Source: Deltaproteobacteria bacterium (GTDB lineage: Bacteria; Desulfobacterota; Binatia; HRBIN30; CADEER01). Taken from it: a DNA stretch of 64,000 bases. Under the pieces are notes generated by a model that was given only the letters and a program-made list of their open reading frames with translations, ran no database searches and was not told the origin of the DNA. The stretch lies in contig JAJCZJ010000087.1 in the NCBI GenBank assembly GCA_029262455.1, positions 11,135-75,134 on the forward strand, given 5' to 3'. Shown here one piece after another: positions 19,098 through 28,594 of this stretch (positions are counted from its first letter, which is position 1; every line of letters begins with the position of its first letter). Position numbers and translations under genes: made by a program.

Positions 19098-19250
19098 ATG
19101 GAAGTTCAAACCTGCGAACACCCTGCCTGCTCTTGCCAGGTCAAAGACGGTCAAAAGTTCTGCACTGACGGCTGCGAAGCCGCCTCGCGCGACGTCGCAA
19201 AAAACGACCTCTGCAAATGCGGGCACGCATCATGCGGCAGCAAGTCGTAG
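19098..19250 (+). CDS. Bacterial metallothionein (SmtA/BmtA-like), 50 aa; too short for the ORF track
   Basis: MEVQTCEHPACSCQVKDGQKFCTDGCEAASRDVAKNDLCKCGHASCGSKS has 8 Cys and 2 His. The pattern CxHxxCxCxV...FCxxxC...CxCGHxxC parallels SmtA (CACEPCLCNV...YCSEAC...CGHTGC). AAGGAG sits 6 nt before the ATG. Confidence 0.75.
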   Translation: MEVQTCEHPACSCQVKDGQKFCTDGCEAASRDVAKNDLCKCGHASCGSKS

Positions 19251-19274
19251 TCGTTCGATACTTGTTCTTGCGAT

Positions 19275-19311
19275 GGTAGGCGGCCGTTCACAGAAGGCCG
19301 CGCGTCCTACC
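19275..19311. terminator. Composite hairpin between the convergent metallothionein and PLD genes
   Basis: ggtaggcggcc-N10-ggccg(cgcgt)cctacc: outer 6-bp and inner 5-bp stems. Confidence 0.4.
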
Positions 19312-19361
19312 GCCAAAGCAGCGCCCGCGATTTGCACGCTCGAGTGCGTCACCGAACGTCG

Positions 19362-20867
19362 CTAGACTAGCGACCAGAGCAGCGCCGCAGCCGCCGCGGC
19401 GAGCGCCGAGCCAACCATTAGTCGGCGCGCCAAACGGCGGCGCGGCGCCGCGCTACCTTCTCGATCCGAATCCAAGTCGGGCGGAGATCCCGCGGGCATT
19501 TCCGGGTCGAGCAGAGCCGACGCCGGCAAGATGGCGTTTTCCCACTCGATCTTGGCAGGTGGCAACGGCACTAGCCGCCGCTCCACGCTTGGAGCGGCGG
19601 CAATAACCGCGCGCAGCGAACCTGTTTCGTCGAGGATTCGTGCAACTTCATCAGACGCCTGGCCTGTGTGTTCGCCAACCAGCCTATATAAGATCCCCAA
19701 AACCGTGGCCGACATGTCGGGATCATCCTTGGCTTCGATGAGGACCGCGCACTCGGAATCCAGGGTCATCGATCGGTTGCTCAGGTTCGCAGAGCCAATC
19801 ACGACGAGCGAGTCGTCGTAGATCGATATCTTCGAGTGAACGTCGATCTCCGTCGAACCAATCTGGGGGCAACGGACGTCGAGGCGGCGATACCGATCGG
19901 CTTCGCGCAGGCGCTTCAGCAGCTTGGCGCGCAACGTACCCACGACATTGTCCTCGAGCCAACCGCCGGCAGACTGCCGCAAGACAAGGACCACCTCGGG
20001 CCCGTCTTCGGTCTTCAGACTCTCGCACAGGGCATCCCCGATGACGCTCGCCGTGAGGTACTGGTCCTCCATGTAGATCCAACGCGACGCACTGGAAATG
20101 GCTGCAGCCAAGGCGTCGCGAATTTCGGTTACGCACTCGTCGCCGTCGTATTTTGGTTTCGTCCTGGCGATCGCAACCTCACCCGCACCATCGCAACGCC
20201 AATGCGTCGGCCAGATGTCTCGCGCTTCAGCGAGCGGGACATCGTCTCCGGTCGAGACCCGCCACCGCTCGCGGACTAGATCACCGACGCAGCGGGCGGC
20301 ATCTCCGGACAGCGCGATCTGGATATCGTGGAATGGCCTGTAGGTGTTCCCGTCAGGGTCGACACGCCGCGGTTCGTCGACCTTGTGCTCTGACGTGTCC
20401 CAGCGCTGCGCCCCAAAATCCATACCGCCAACAAAGGCAATGCTGTCATCGATGACCACGATCTTCTGATGATGCGAGCCAGTCGGCGGACAGCAATCGT
20501 CCAGGCGAAACTCAATGCGTGGGTGGGCGCGCCAATCTTGCCGGAAGCTTGGCAACAACTCCCGATCAAGCATGTAGGGGAAAGGGTAGTCCCAATCGAG
20601 AATGCGAATCGTCAGCGATTCCCGCCGCTCGGCCAATTCGTTGAGAAAGTCGCCCACCGCCGGCGGAAGACCGTCTGGCGGCTCGTCCCGCCACAGTCGG
20701 ACGGCACCGTTGAAGTCCCATCCAACGATCACAATCGACTTCTCAGCGAGAAGAGCCGCTTCTGTGAACGCCTCGAAGTACTCGGACATGTCGACCAAGA
20801 ACCGCATCTCCGAGGCAAAAGCGCGGCGCCAATAGGTTACGCCCTCTTCAAGAATCGTCATGGACAT
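19362..20867 (-). CDS. Phospholipase D / cardiolipin-synthase-like protein (two HKD motifs)
   Basis: HHQKIVVIDDSIAFVGGMDF and DVHSKISIYDDSLVVIGSANLSNRS. Start set at MSMTILEE (ATG at 20867 or 20861, AGGAG upstream) rather than 20954, which overlaps the upstream gene by 106 nt. Confidence 0.88.
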   Translation of the reverse strand: MSMTILEEGVTYWRRAFASEMRFLVDMSEYFEAFTEAALLAEKSIVIVGWDFNGAVRLWRDEPPDGLPPAVGDFLNELAERRESLTIRILDWDYPFPYMLDRELLPSFRQDWRAHPRIEFRLDDCCPPTGSHHQKIVVIDDSIAFVGGMDFGAQRWDTSEHKVDEPRRVDPDGNTYRPFHDIQIALSGDAARCVGDLVRERWRVSTGDDVPLAEARDIWPTHWRCDGAGEVAIARTKPKYDGDECVTEIRDALAAAISSASRWIYMEDQYLTASVIGDALCESLKTEDGPEVVLVLRQSAGGWLEDNVVGTLRAKLLKRLREADRYRRLDVRCPQIGSTEIDVHSKISIYDDSLVVIGSANLSNRSMTLDSECAVLIEAKDDPDMSATVLGILYRLVGEHTGQASDEVARILDETGSLRAVIAAAPSVERRLVPLPPAKIEWENAILPASALLDPEMPAGSPPDLDSDREGSAAPRRRLARRLMVGSALAAAAAALLWSLV

Positions 20868-21600
20868 CACTCCTACAAACTTCCGCGCCGTCGTGTCGAA
20901 CAAGCGCCTCCGGGAACGTAATCTCGGCGCACAACGGGAGGTGGTCGGAAGCAACCCGGGTCAAAGGATTGCGCACGGCGGTCAGCCGACTGGCACCCAG
21001 ATGACCCGCCACCCACACATGATCGAGCCCAACCGTCGGCCAGCGTGCCGGGAAGGTCGCGACACGGGCCTGCACGCCAAAGATTTTCCGCAAAGGTCTC
21101 AAACTCACAACGCCCGGAGCCCAGTCATTGAGGTCGCCAGCGAGGATTCGGAGATCGACATCGAACGACTCGAACTCGGTCGCAAGAACACGTGCTTGTC
21201 GGTACCGCTCGCGAAGCGCCAAACCCAAGTGGGTCGCAACGATCCCCACTCGAATCCCATCGTGTAAAAAGGTGGCAGAAACCGCGCTACGCGGCTCCCG
21301 CCCGCGGCGCACTGGCAAGATGACACGACGGACAGTCTCTGGCTCTCCGCGATGAAGCAAACCGTTGGAATACTCGCTCGCGGCGTCCGTCCGCGTCGGC
21401 CCGCGGAGGTAGGAGTACCCCCCGCGTTTTGCCAAAAACGCCAGCTGGTCGGTGCCACCGCGAGCCAGGCGGTTGCTCAACTCCTGAAGAGCCACGACAT
21501 CACAGTCAAGCTCCTCAACGACCCCGGCGACGCGGTCAAGATCATACCGACCATCGCCTCCAATACACCTGTGGACGTTATAACTCGCTACTCGGTACAT
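20848..21600 (-). CDS. Endonuclease/exonuclease/phosphatase (EEP) family protein
   Basis: MYRVASYNVHRCIGGDG...DVVALQEL...SDHLPL. The EEP gene upstream of a PLD gene resembles the E. coli ybhP-clsB arrangement. Confidence 0.85.
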   Translation of the reverse strand: MYRVASYNVHRCIGGDGRYDLDRVAGVVEELDCDVVALQELSNRLARGGTDQLAFLAKRGGYSYLRGPTRTDAASEYSNGLLHRGEPETVRRVILPVRRGREPRSAVSATFLHDGIRVGIVATHLGLALRERYRQARVLATEFESFDVDLRILAGDLNDWAPGVVSLRPLRKIFGVQARVATFPARWPTVGLDHVWVAGHLGASRLTAVRNPLTRVASDHLPLCAEITFPEALVRHDGAEVCRSDVHDDS

Positions 21601-21706
21601 CGTTCAAGCACTCAAACCGAGCCTTCCAGGCAACCCGCATCACGAGAGCACCGACAGAAATCACCGCTCTGCACACCGAGGTGAACGCAGGCTGCAGCCA
21701 GGCTGC

Positions 21707-22156
21707 TCACCCGGCCCCCTGAAGCTCTTTTTCCTTTTCACGGCGAAAATCTTCCGCGGATTCCGTCTTTTCCGCTGCAGACAAGACGCGGCCTCCGAGC
21801 TGAAAAACCCCATGTTCTTCCTCTTCCAGGTGATGCTCGACCTTCTCGCGGAGCTCGGAGAACTTGCGTATCCAGTTCGGGTTCGTGAACTCCATCTCCT
21901 CGAGTTCTTTGACCCTGTCGTCCATCTCCTTGTGCTCGGCGACACTGTGCCGAGACTTGTCTTGGCTGAGGACATTCGACATTAAACGCGAGTAAAAGCT
22001 CCGCTCTTCGGCATCTGCGTGAGCGCGCAGCTCTCCAAATAATCGCGGCACCAATTCTCGGCGGCCTTCGGAATCGCCAGATGTCTTGGCGACCAGTTCC
22101 AAAAGAGTTCTCTGCTTGTCGTGATCTTCACGAAGTTCTTCAAATATGTTCACCAC
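21707..22156 (-). CDS. Hemerythrin-like (HHE cation-binding) domain protein
   Basis: Spaced His/Glu ligand pattern (EDHDKQ, HADAEE, AEHKEMDD, VEHHLEEEEHGVF). GTG start with an AAAGGGGA ribosome-binding site. Confidence 0.8.
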   Translation of the reverse strand: MVNIFEELREDHDKQRTLLELVAKTSGDSEGRRELVPRLFGELRAHADAEERSFYSRLMSNVLSQDKSRHSVAEHKEMDDRVKELEEMEFTNPNWIRKFSELREKVEHHLEEEEHGVFQLGGRVLSAAEKTESAEDFRREKEKELQGAG

Positions 22157-22189
22157 ATTCCCCTTTCAATCTGAGTTTGACACACACCC

Positions 22190-22205
22190 GGCAAGAACCA
22201 TGCCG
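22190..22205 (-). promoter_or_regulatory. Candidate sigma54 promoter for the hemerythrin gene
   Basis: Minus strand reads CGGCATggttcTTGCC with GG-N10-GC spacing, about 35-50 nt upstream of the start codon. Confidence 0.45.
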
Positions 22206-22434
22206 CCCTCGCGCCCGCTCTCGGCTTACTGCTTGCCGCGCATCGGGCCTCCCGCCACTTGAAAGAGTTGCGTCGCAACGACCTCGACAAATGTAAGATT
22301 CGAGAAGGACGAGGACCGAACGGTCTCCCATTCATGCGGCCTCACGAAACTCTTACAATCTGGCGGTACCCCTTACAGAGCGAGCAATCGATTCCGACCA
22401 CAAGTTCGATTGGGTCCGGCACACTGAAACGCGT

Positions 22435-22450
22435 TGGCACACAGCTTGCG
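22435..22450 (+). promoter_or_regulatory. Candidate sigma54 promoter for the DUF4112 gene
   Basis: TGGCACacagcTTGCG, a near-consensus TGGCAC-N5-TTGC, about 90 nt upstream of the ATG at 22537. Confidence 0.6.
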
Positions 22451-22536
22451 CTCCTCGACTGCAAAATCTCACGAGCGGCCCGGCAAAAACGTTCGACGGG
22501 CTGCAGGACCCGCAGCGGTCAGAAAGCGTAGCGTGT

Positions 22537-22968
22537 ATGTCGAGTAACGAATTGACCGTACCTCTCAATCTCGCCCAGGACGAAATCGATTCCAGCCAAC
22601 GGCTTGTACAGAGGGCGCGCGCCCTTGCACGCCTACAACGGCTTTCGCGACTCTTGGACTATTCGTTCCGCGTGCCGGGAACCCGGATCCGAGGCGGTAT
22701 CGATCCCATCATCGGATTGATTCCCGGCATCGGCGACGCAGTCGGCGCCGCACTATCGGCGTACGTTATCTCCGAGGCTGCGCGTTTAGGGACCTCACGT
22801 CGCACCTTGGCGCGCATGGTTGGCAACGCGGCTCTCGAGGCTGTGGTCGGGGTCATTCCCCTCGTAGGCGACGCATTCGACTTCGCTTTCAAGGCGAATC
22901 GCCGCAATATCAGGCTCCTGCATCGAGAGCTGAGCGGACAATACACAGCGCCCGCTGGCGATGCCTGA
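22537..22968 (+). CDS. DUF4112 membrane protein
   Basis: IDPIIGLIPGIGDAVGAALSAYVI and VIPLVGDAFDFAFKANRRN motifs. Confidence 0.75.
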   Translation: MSSNELTVPLNLAQDEIDSSQRLVQRARALARLQRLSRLLDYSFRVPGTRIRGGIDPIIGLIPGIGDAVGAALSAYVISEAARLGTSRRTLARMVGNAALEAVVGVIPLVGDAFDFAFKANRRNIRLLHRELSGQYTAPAGDA

Positions 22969-23050
22969 CAACTCCCAGCGAATTGTAAGATCTGCGCACT
23001 TCGATTCGATTCGAACCCCTGTTCGTCTGCATACCCTTCGCGCAGTGCCC

Positions 23051-23066
23051 TGGCACGCGAATTGCG
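23051..23066 (+). promoter_or_regulatory. Candidate sigma54 promoter for the Rho_N-domain protein gene
   Basis: TGGCACgcgaaTTGCG, near-consensus, about 150 nt upstream of the GTG at 23218. Confidence 0.6.
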
Positions 23067-23217
23067 TTTTGTAAGCAGACACAAAGTGAGTCCCTCCAGG
23101 ATCGAGCGGCCCTTAGCTTGCTCCGCTGGGCGGGAGCTGTCGTGAAGGATTTCGGATCAACCCGACGCCGGAGAGCTTTCAACGCCTTCGACGTTACAAG
23201 AACAAGGAGTTTCCAAA

Positions 23218-23811
23218 GTGAACAATACCGCAGACTCAATGGCCTTCGAAACGATCAATGACGCAGTCCACGAATCGACGCAGAATAGCCGCCAGGCATT
23301 CTCGCGGGTGAGCGACTTCGCCACCCGGGTTCCGTATGCGACCCTCGGTGCCGCGGCTTTGAGCTTGCGCAGCACCTACCGCGCCGCCACATGGGCGGCT
23401 TCCTTGCCGGGACAGGCAGTCGATTCTACGCTCGATGCTCCGCGCCAAGCGCTTCGAGCGATCGGAAATCTTCCCGAACGTCTGGCGGAAGCTTTCGGTC
23501 GCAGCGAGCACGAAGGCAGATTGGCGGTCGAACGGGTCTCGGGTCGTGAAGCTCTGACGACTGCGAAGACCCGACTACGCTCAGCAAAAGCGCAGGCGAA
23601 ATCGACGAAGACGAGCGTGACGCGCGCGGCGTCCGCATCCAAAGCAGCCGTAGAATCAGTTGCCGAGGCGATCGTCGATCCCCGCGATACGCGCGCCTAC
23701 GAGGAACGCACGCGCGAGGAACTTTACGACCTCGCCTGCGAACGCGAAGTCACGGGCCGATCCGCGATGAACAAGGCAGAGCTCATCGGAGCTTTGCGCA
23801 ACTCTCGCTAG
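23218..23811 (+). CDS. Hypothetical stress-type protein with a C-terminal Rho_N/SAP-like helix-hairpin
   Basis: C-terminus EELYDLACEREVTGRSAMNKAELIGALR matches the Rho N-terminal-domain motif. GTG start with AAGGAG 8 nt upstream. Confidence 0.6.
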   Translation: MNNTADSMAFETINDAVHESTQNSRQAFSRVSDFATRVPYATLGAAALSLRSTYRAATWAASLPGQAVDSTLDAPRQALRAIGNLPERLAEAFGRSEHEGRLAVERVSGREALTTAKTRLRSAKAQAKSTKTSVTRAASASKAAVESVAEAIVDPRDTRAYEERTREELYDLACEREVTGRSAMNKAELIGALRNSR

Positions 23812-23823
23812 CCACCACGAATC

Positions 23824-23849
23824 TGGGGTGGGCGGTACGCCGCCCACCC
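23824..23849 (+). terminator. Strong GC hairpin after 23218..23811
   Basis: ggggtgggcgg-tacg-ccgcccacccc: perfect 11-bp stem and tetraloop, with no clear U-tract. Confidence 0.55.
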
Positions 23850-23914
23850 CTCAATCGAACCTACGTAGAGCGTTCACCACGCGCCGTGCGCAGGCTCGAA
23901 AGAAAGGATGACTC

Positions 23915-24100
23915 ATGGATCTCCTTCGAATCGTTCTCTCGATCCTCCTCCCGCCGGTCGGGGTTTTTCTCCAGGTCGGCCTGACGACACAATTTTGGAT
24001 CAACATCGTCCTAACGCTGCTCGGGTATCTACCCGGAGTCGTCCATGCAGTCTGGATCATCGCACGGACGCCGGAGACGGCCGCTCTATCACAACACTGA
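23915..24100 (+). CDS. Pmp3/YqaE-family small membrane proteolipid
   Basis: LLPPVGVFLQVGLTTQFWINIVLTLLGYLPGVVHAVWII is the UPF0057 signature. Confidence 0.85.
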   Translation: MDLLRIVLSILLPPVGVFLQVGLTTQFWINIVLTLLGYLPGVVHAVWIIARTPETAALSQH

Positions 24101-24264
24101 TGCAGCAAGCTTGATCCACCGCCATTTGCGCCCCGCCCGACGCAAGCGAGCATCCCACTTTCAAAGCCCCCCGCGCTCCGGAATGCCCCCGAGACATTCC
24201 TCAATACCGCGCTGCACAGGGGGACCAAAGGACCCGGCGCGTCCAACGAAGGCGAACGACGGTA

Positions 24265-25722
24265 ATGCAAGAGCTGGCTGGCATCGACGCGGCGTTTCTC
24301 TACATGGAAACGACTACCGCGCACATGCACGTAATGGGCACCGTGATTCTCGAGAGCGATGGTGAGCCATTCGACTTCGACCGGCTCAAGCGAAAAATCG
24401 CGTCGCGCCTGCCCAGAGTTCCACCGTTCCGGCGCCGCCTAGTCCAGGTGCCGCTTCGACTCGGCCATCCTGTCTGGATCGATGACCCGGATTTTCGGAT
24501 CGGGGCTCATCTACATCGTATTGCCCTTCCGCGCCCGGGATCGATGCGCGAACTCGCCAATCTGGTATCCCACCTCGCGAGCATACCGTTGGACCGCCAC
24601 CGACCGCTCTGGGATCTCTGGGCGGTCGAAGGGCTACGCGGCGGTCGCACCGCACTCATTTGCAAGTTTCATCACGCCGCCATCGACGGCGTTAGCGGCG
24701 CGGAACTGATGCAGCACCTGTTTGATTTAGAACCCGACGCCCCTGACGACGAGCCCGCGGAGACACAATGGTCGCCAGACGGGCCCCCCTCGGACCTTCT
24801 TCTTCTGACGAACGCTCTCAAGGATTTCGCCTTGCAACCGGCTCGCCTGCTCCGCATCGCCGGAAGAACAGCGGTTGTCATGGCCGACGTGGCCGCCGCG
24901 TACATCAACCCAAAGTCGGACGTCAACAATCCGGCCTTACCGATGGCGTCGCCGAATACGCTGGTCAACACCTCGATCTCAGCCGATCGCGCGACCGCCT
25001 TCGGCCGAGTGTCTCTGCGCGACATAAAGGACATCAAAAACGCCCTCGGACTGACCGTAAACGATGTCATCCTGGCGGCTTGCAGTCTTGCTCTGCGCCG
25101 TTACCTCGAGAAGACAGGTACAATTCCCCAAGAGCCCCTCGTCGCTGCCGTACCCGTATCAACACATGCAGCGGGACAAGATGACTCCAACAACGCAATC
25201 TCCGCAATGTTCGTACGCCTGCCGACCCATCTGGAAAAACCAGAGGACCACCTCAGCTTCGTCCAAGCGGAGGCAATCGAGGCCAAAGCCCTTCACGCGT
25301 CTCCAAGGTTCTCCTTGTTAGCGGATTGGGCTGAGTTCGCGTCGCCAACCTGGTTCGCAGGTTTCATCAATCTGTACTCGAACTACAACCTCGCAGAGTC
25401 CCATGGTCCCCTGTTCAACCTCGTCGTTTCCAATGTCCCAGGCCCGCCACTTCCGCTCTACTGTGCCGGCAAACGGGTCACGCACTGCTATCCGATGGGA
25501 CCGATATTCGAAGGCGCAGCCGTCAACATCACGGTCATGAGCTACGTTGATCATGTCGACATCGGGGTTATTGCCTGCCCCGAGAGTGCGCCGGACATCT
25601 GGCTCATCACCGATGCTTTTGAAAGAGCCGTCCGGCGCTTGCTCGCGACGACCCGCACGCGTCGCAAGACTCCGACAACGGCCGCCCGCCAAAGGCCCAC
25701 GGCCAAGAAGCGACACCGATGA
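24265..25722 (+). CDS. Wax ester synthase/diacylglycerol acyltransferase (WS/DGAT)
   Basis: Catalytic HHAAIDGVSG (HHxxxDG), N-terminal DAAFLYME and C-terminal NVPGPPLPLYCAG. Confidence 0.9.
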   Translation: MQELAGIDAAFLYMETTTAHMHVMGTVILESDGEPFDFDRLKRKIASRLPRVPPFRRRLVQVPLRLGHPVWIDDPDFRIGAHLHRIALPRPGSMRELANLVSHLASIPLDRHRPLWDLWAVEGLRGGRTALICKFHHAAIDGVSGAELMQHLFDLEPDAPDDEPAETQWSPDGPPSDLLLLTNALKDFALQPARLLRIAGRTAVVMADVAAAYINPKSDVNNPALPMASPNTLVNTSISADRATAFGRVSLRDIKDIKNALGLTVNDVILAACSLALRRYLEKTGTIPQEPLVAAVPVSTHAAGQDDSNNAISAMFVRLPTHLEKPEDHLSFVQAEAIEAKALHASPRFSLLADWAEFASPTWFAGFINLYSNYNLAESHGPLFNLVVSNVPGPPLPLYCAGKRVTHCYPMGPIFEGAAVNITVMSYVDHVDIGVIACPESAPDIWLITDAFERAVRRLLATTRTRRKTPTTAARQRPTAKKRHR

Positions 25723-25904
25723 AGACCGCACCTTCAGGTCGCACACATCCGCACGGGACCAGATAGAGCGATACAGGGCCGGGCAGCAGTCCAATGTTCC
25801 CAAAATTGATTCACATACGGCCCGAACAGCGGCGAGCAGACCCGAACCCGAACGACAACCGACCCTGGCCCACGCTGCGCAGTCCGGCTATAGTGGCTGG
25901 TCCC

Positions 25905-27311
25905 ATGCCCCACGCCCTACTCGTAGACGATGACCATGAATCCCTCGACCTACTTTCCGAATGGGTCGGAAACGAGGGTTTCACGACGGCTAGTGCCGGA
26001 GACCTCGCCGAGGCGGGTGAGCTCCTACTAGCAAAAGCACCAGACCTCATCATCACCGACCTCATGCTGCCCGACGGACAGGGGTTGGACCTCTTGGCCC
26101 AAATCGAGCCGCCGCTTGATCCGCAGTTTGTGCTCATTACAGGACACGCTTCGGTCGCGACGGCTGTCGAGGCCCTTCGACTCGGATTTTCCGACTATCT
26201 CACAAAGCCGGTCGATCTAGATCGATTGCGGGCGGTGCTGTCACGCGTCGCGCGAGAGCACGAGCTGCGCTGGCAGGTCAACTCGCTGCGTAGCGAGCTT
26301 CGCCAACTGGGGCGATTCGGCAAGCTCATCGGCAGCTCGGAGGCAATGAACACATTGTACGACGTCATCGCCCGGGTCGCCCCAACTGATGCGACCGTGT
26401 TGATCAGTGGCGAGAGTGGTGTCGGCAAGGAACTCGTCGCACAAACATTACACGGACTGAGCAGACGCGCTAATGGCCCGTTCGTCGCGGTCAACTGCGG
26501 CGCCATGAGCCCGACGCTCGTCGAGTCGCAACTCTTCGGGCACGAGAAGGGAAGCTTCACCGGCGCCGAGACCGCCCATCGCGGTTACTTCGAGCAGGCG
26601 GCGGCGGGCACGCTCTTTCTCGACGAGATCACCGAAATGCCATCGGAGCTTCAAGTGAAACTTCTGCGCGCCCTCGAGGGTCGGGAGGTAACTCCGCTCG
26701 GCGGCGAGGCTCCGATGGCTGTCGACGTGAGGGTCATTGCGGCAACCAACAGAAATCTCGAAACCGCTGTAACAGAAGGAACCTTTCGGGAAGACTTGAT
26801 GTATCGGCTCAGTGTCTTCGAACTCGAGATTCCTCCGTTGCGAGAACGTGCCGCCGACATTCAAACTCTCGCCGAGTTCTTCATCACGCAAGCGCCTGGA
26901 CGAGCTGAGAAAACCCTGACCCTCTCACCCGCAGCGCTAGACGTGCTCAACAACTACACGTGGCCCGGCAACATACGCGAGCTCTCGAACGCAATTCAAC
27001 GGGCGGCAATCCTCTCGGATGGAGAGGTGCTTCCGGAACATCTCCCAAACCGAGTCTCCGATACGAGCAACGGCAATGGTCGTGATTCTGCCTCTGGCAA
27101 GACGAATCGAGACCTGCTGAAGGTCCCGATCGGTCTATCCATTGCCGACGCCGAACGCCTGATCATTCTAGCGACCCTCGATCATTGCAGCGGCGAGAAG
27201 CCAAGGGCTGCCGACATTCTCGGCGTGAGCTTGAAGACGCTCTACAACCGTCTCAACACATACAGCTCGAACGTCTCCGGGGGAGTGGGCGAAGGCGTAA
27301 AAGGGGAGTGA
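25905..27311 (+). CDS. Sigma54-dependent response regulator (NtrC family bEBP), copy 2, with no adjacent kinase
   Basis: Receiver domain (IITDLMLPDGQG), GESGVGKE, GSFTGA loop and Fis-type HTH. Closely paralogous to 13833..15176 across the AAA+ core. ATG at 25905 is preferred over the extended ORF start at 25794. Confidence 0.92.
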   Translation: MPHALLVDDDHESLDLLSEWVGNEGFTTASAGDLAEAGELLLAKAPDLIITDLMLPDGQGLDLLAQIEPPLDPQFVLITGHASVATAVEALRLGFSDYLTKPVDLDRLRAVLSRVAREHELRWQVNSLRSELRQLGRFGKLIGSSEAMNTLYDVIARVAPTDATVLISGESGVGKELVAQTLHGLSRRANGPFVAVNCGAMSPTLVESQLFGHEKGSFTGAETAHRGYFEQAAAGTLFLDEITEMPSELQVKLLRALEGREVTPLGGEAPMAVDVRVIAATNRNLETAVTEGTFREDLMYRLSVFELEIPPLRERAADIQTLAEFFITQAPGRAEKTLTLSPAALDVLNNYTWPGNIRELSNAIQRAAILSDGEVLPEHLPNRVSDTSNGNGRDSASGKTNRDLLKVPIGLSIADAERLIILATLDHCSGEKPRAADILGVSLKTLYNRLNTYSSNVSGGVGEGVKGE

Positions 27312-27540
27312 GTGGCCCGGGACATTCGCCCCGGACCACTCACGTACGTACTCGCTTCGGGTGTTAGCGAGTACGCTGTTGGGGCTTCGCTGGGCGGCTG
27401 CCCGGTGCCCGCCGCTTCAAAGGTTCTTCCCTTGGAGAGGACCCCGGCAGCCGAATGGGAGCTTCGTTGGGCTCACGATCCTCGCTCGGAGAATCTTCAA
27501 CCGTCGGAGCGTCTCTGCGCTTTGGACTCTCCATCCTGGA

Positions 27541-27912
27541 CTACGACTTCGGCGAGTCTTCGCCCGGATCCTGTTCGTAGTCTTTCTCGCCAGGAAGGTT
27601 GATATCGACGTCTGGATACGGAACCTTAAACGACTTCTTCTTCACTTCCACTTCCGGTAGATCGACTTCGTAGGCAGGGAGATTGCCGCCCTTGACGTCA
27701 ACATCTACACTTGGCAATCGCCCATCTTCTTTCTTGACTACGTCATAGTCCGGCAGCTTGCCCGCACTTCCCGAGACATCGACGTCAGGAAGCGACCCCT
27801 CCTCGGTCTTCTCGATGCGGCACCCGCCGTTCAACAACATTGTCGTCATAAACATCGCGATGACAATCGTCGATGCGACGAGTGAGCGACCCTCTTCCTC
27901 TTGCTTTTTCAT
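27541..27912 (-). CDS. Small repeat-containing putative lipoprotein
   Basis: MKKQEEEGRSLVASTIVIAMFMTTMLLNGGC, then 5-6 degenerate LP(D/S/A)(V/Y)(D/E)V repeats. GGAGGAG ribosome-binding site before the ATG at 27912. Confidence 0.6.
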   Translation of the reverse strand: MKKQEEEGRSLVASTIVIAMFMTTMLLNGGCRIEKTEEGSLPDVDVSGSAGKLPDYDVVKKEDGRLPSVDVDVKGGNLPAYEVDLPEVEVKKKSFKVPYPDVDINLPGEKDYEQDPGEDSPKS

Positions 27913-27951
27913 TTGCTCCTCCGATTGGTAAATTTCAGTAACCATTAACAT

Positions 27952-27967
27952 TGCAATCGACGTACCA
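27952..27967 (-). promoter_or_regulatory. Candidate sigma54 promoter for the repeat lipoprotein
   Basis: Minus strand reads TGGTACgtcgaTTGCA with GG-N10-GC spacing, about 40 nt upstream of the ATG. Confidence 0.5.
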
Positions 27968-28212
27968 AGTGCATCAGCTGTGGCTCTATGGCCGATGGTG
28001 CGTGATCTACAAGCCGACAAAGTCGCCGCTTACAAGGTGAGTAGAAGTTACAATCCGAAGTAAGACTCGCGTCGATCCACCCGTCGCATCGAAGGAATGG
28101 CCGCCAACGCGCAGCGGTGGAACGCGAAACCAATCGCCACCGACACCAAGCCCAGTCCACTTTTTCGGCATTTCCAAGGCTGCATTTCCGCACTGCGCTA
28201 GAATCTTCTGCG

Positions 28213-28590
28213 CTACCTCAGTGGAACGCGCTGCTCCAGATCATGCGCAGGCACCGCATCGTCCGGAACGCCCGGGTCGATATTCACGGTTGCGTCTGAA
28301 TCGAGGGGGTCCTCGTCGATGGGAATCTCGATCTGGGGGAACACCCCGACGGAGTCCGCGCCCGCACCGACAACGTCCTCGGACTCGAGTCGTAAGGCGT
28401 CGGAGTCGGGCGCGACCATCGCCTCGATGCGATCTTCAAGAACGTCCGCGTGCGGGCGCACGCACTCGGTGGGCATCGAGCCATCAATGGACGGAACACA
28501 TTCTGGCACGAGATCGATGTCGCCGGCGCTCATTGGCACCGACGACATCATGAGACCGGCGAGCGTGATTACAGCTCTAACAATGTGCAT
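28213..28590 (-). CDS. Secreted acidic hypothetical protein
   Basis: Signal peptide MHIVRAVITLAGLMMSSVPMSAG followed by a D/E-rich mature part. Begins 4 nt after the csbD-like stop, so it is probably co-transcribed. Confidence 0.5.
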   Translation of the reverse strand: MHIVRAVITLAGLMMSSVPMSAGDIDLVPECVPSIDGSMPTECVRPHADVLEDRIEAMVAPDSDALRLESEDVVGAGADSVGVFPQIEIPIDEDPLDSDATVNIDPGVPDDAVPAHDLEQRVPLR

Positions 28591-28594
28591 TTTG

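Noticed and set aside
18629-19168. 179-aa ORF spanning the sodC-metallothionein intergenic region
   Set aside because: It overlaps the sodC 5' end and the direct-repeat region, and its repeat-derived peptide (RRRVASRTRARTSPRAPATESR) reflects DNA repeats. The short Cys-rich ORF in another frame has the ribosome-binding site and the homology pattern.
22996-23020. tRNA 3'-end-like fragment (rc: caggggttcgaatcgaatcg), a possible att site
   Set aside because: The flanks of the TTCGAAT loop are not complementary, and there is no acceptor stem and no integrase nearby. It is more likely part of a promoter-upstream region containing the tandem tcgat repeats.
25794-25904. Upstream extension of the second NtrC-type regulator
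   Set aside because: Receiver domains start at MPHALLVDDD. The extension has no homology and covers the likely promoter region.
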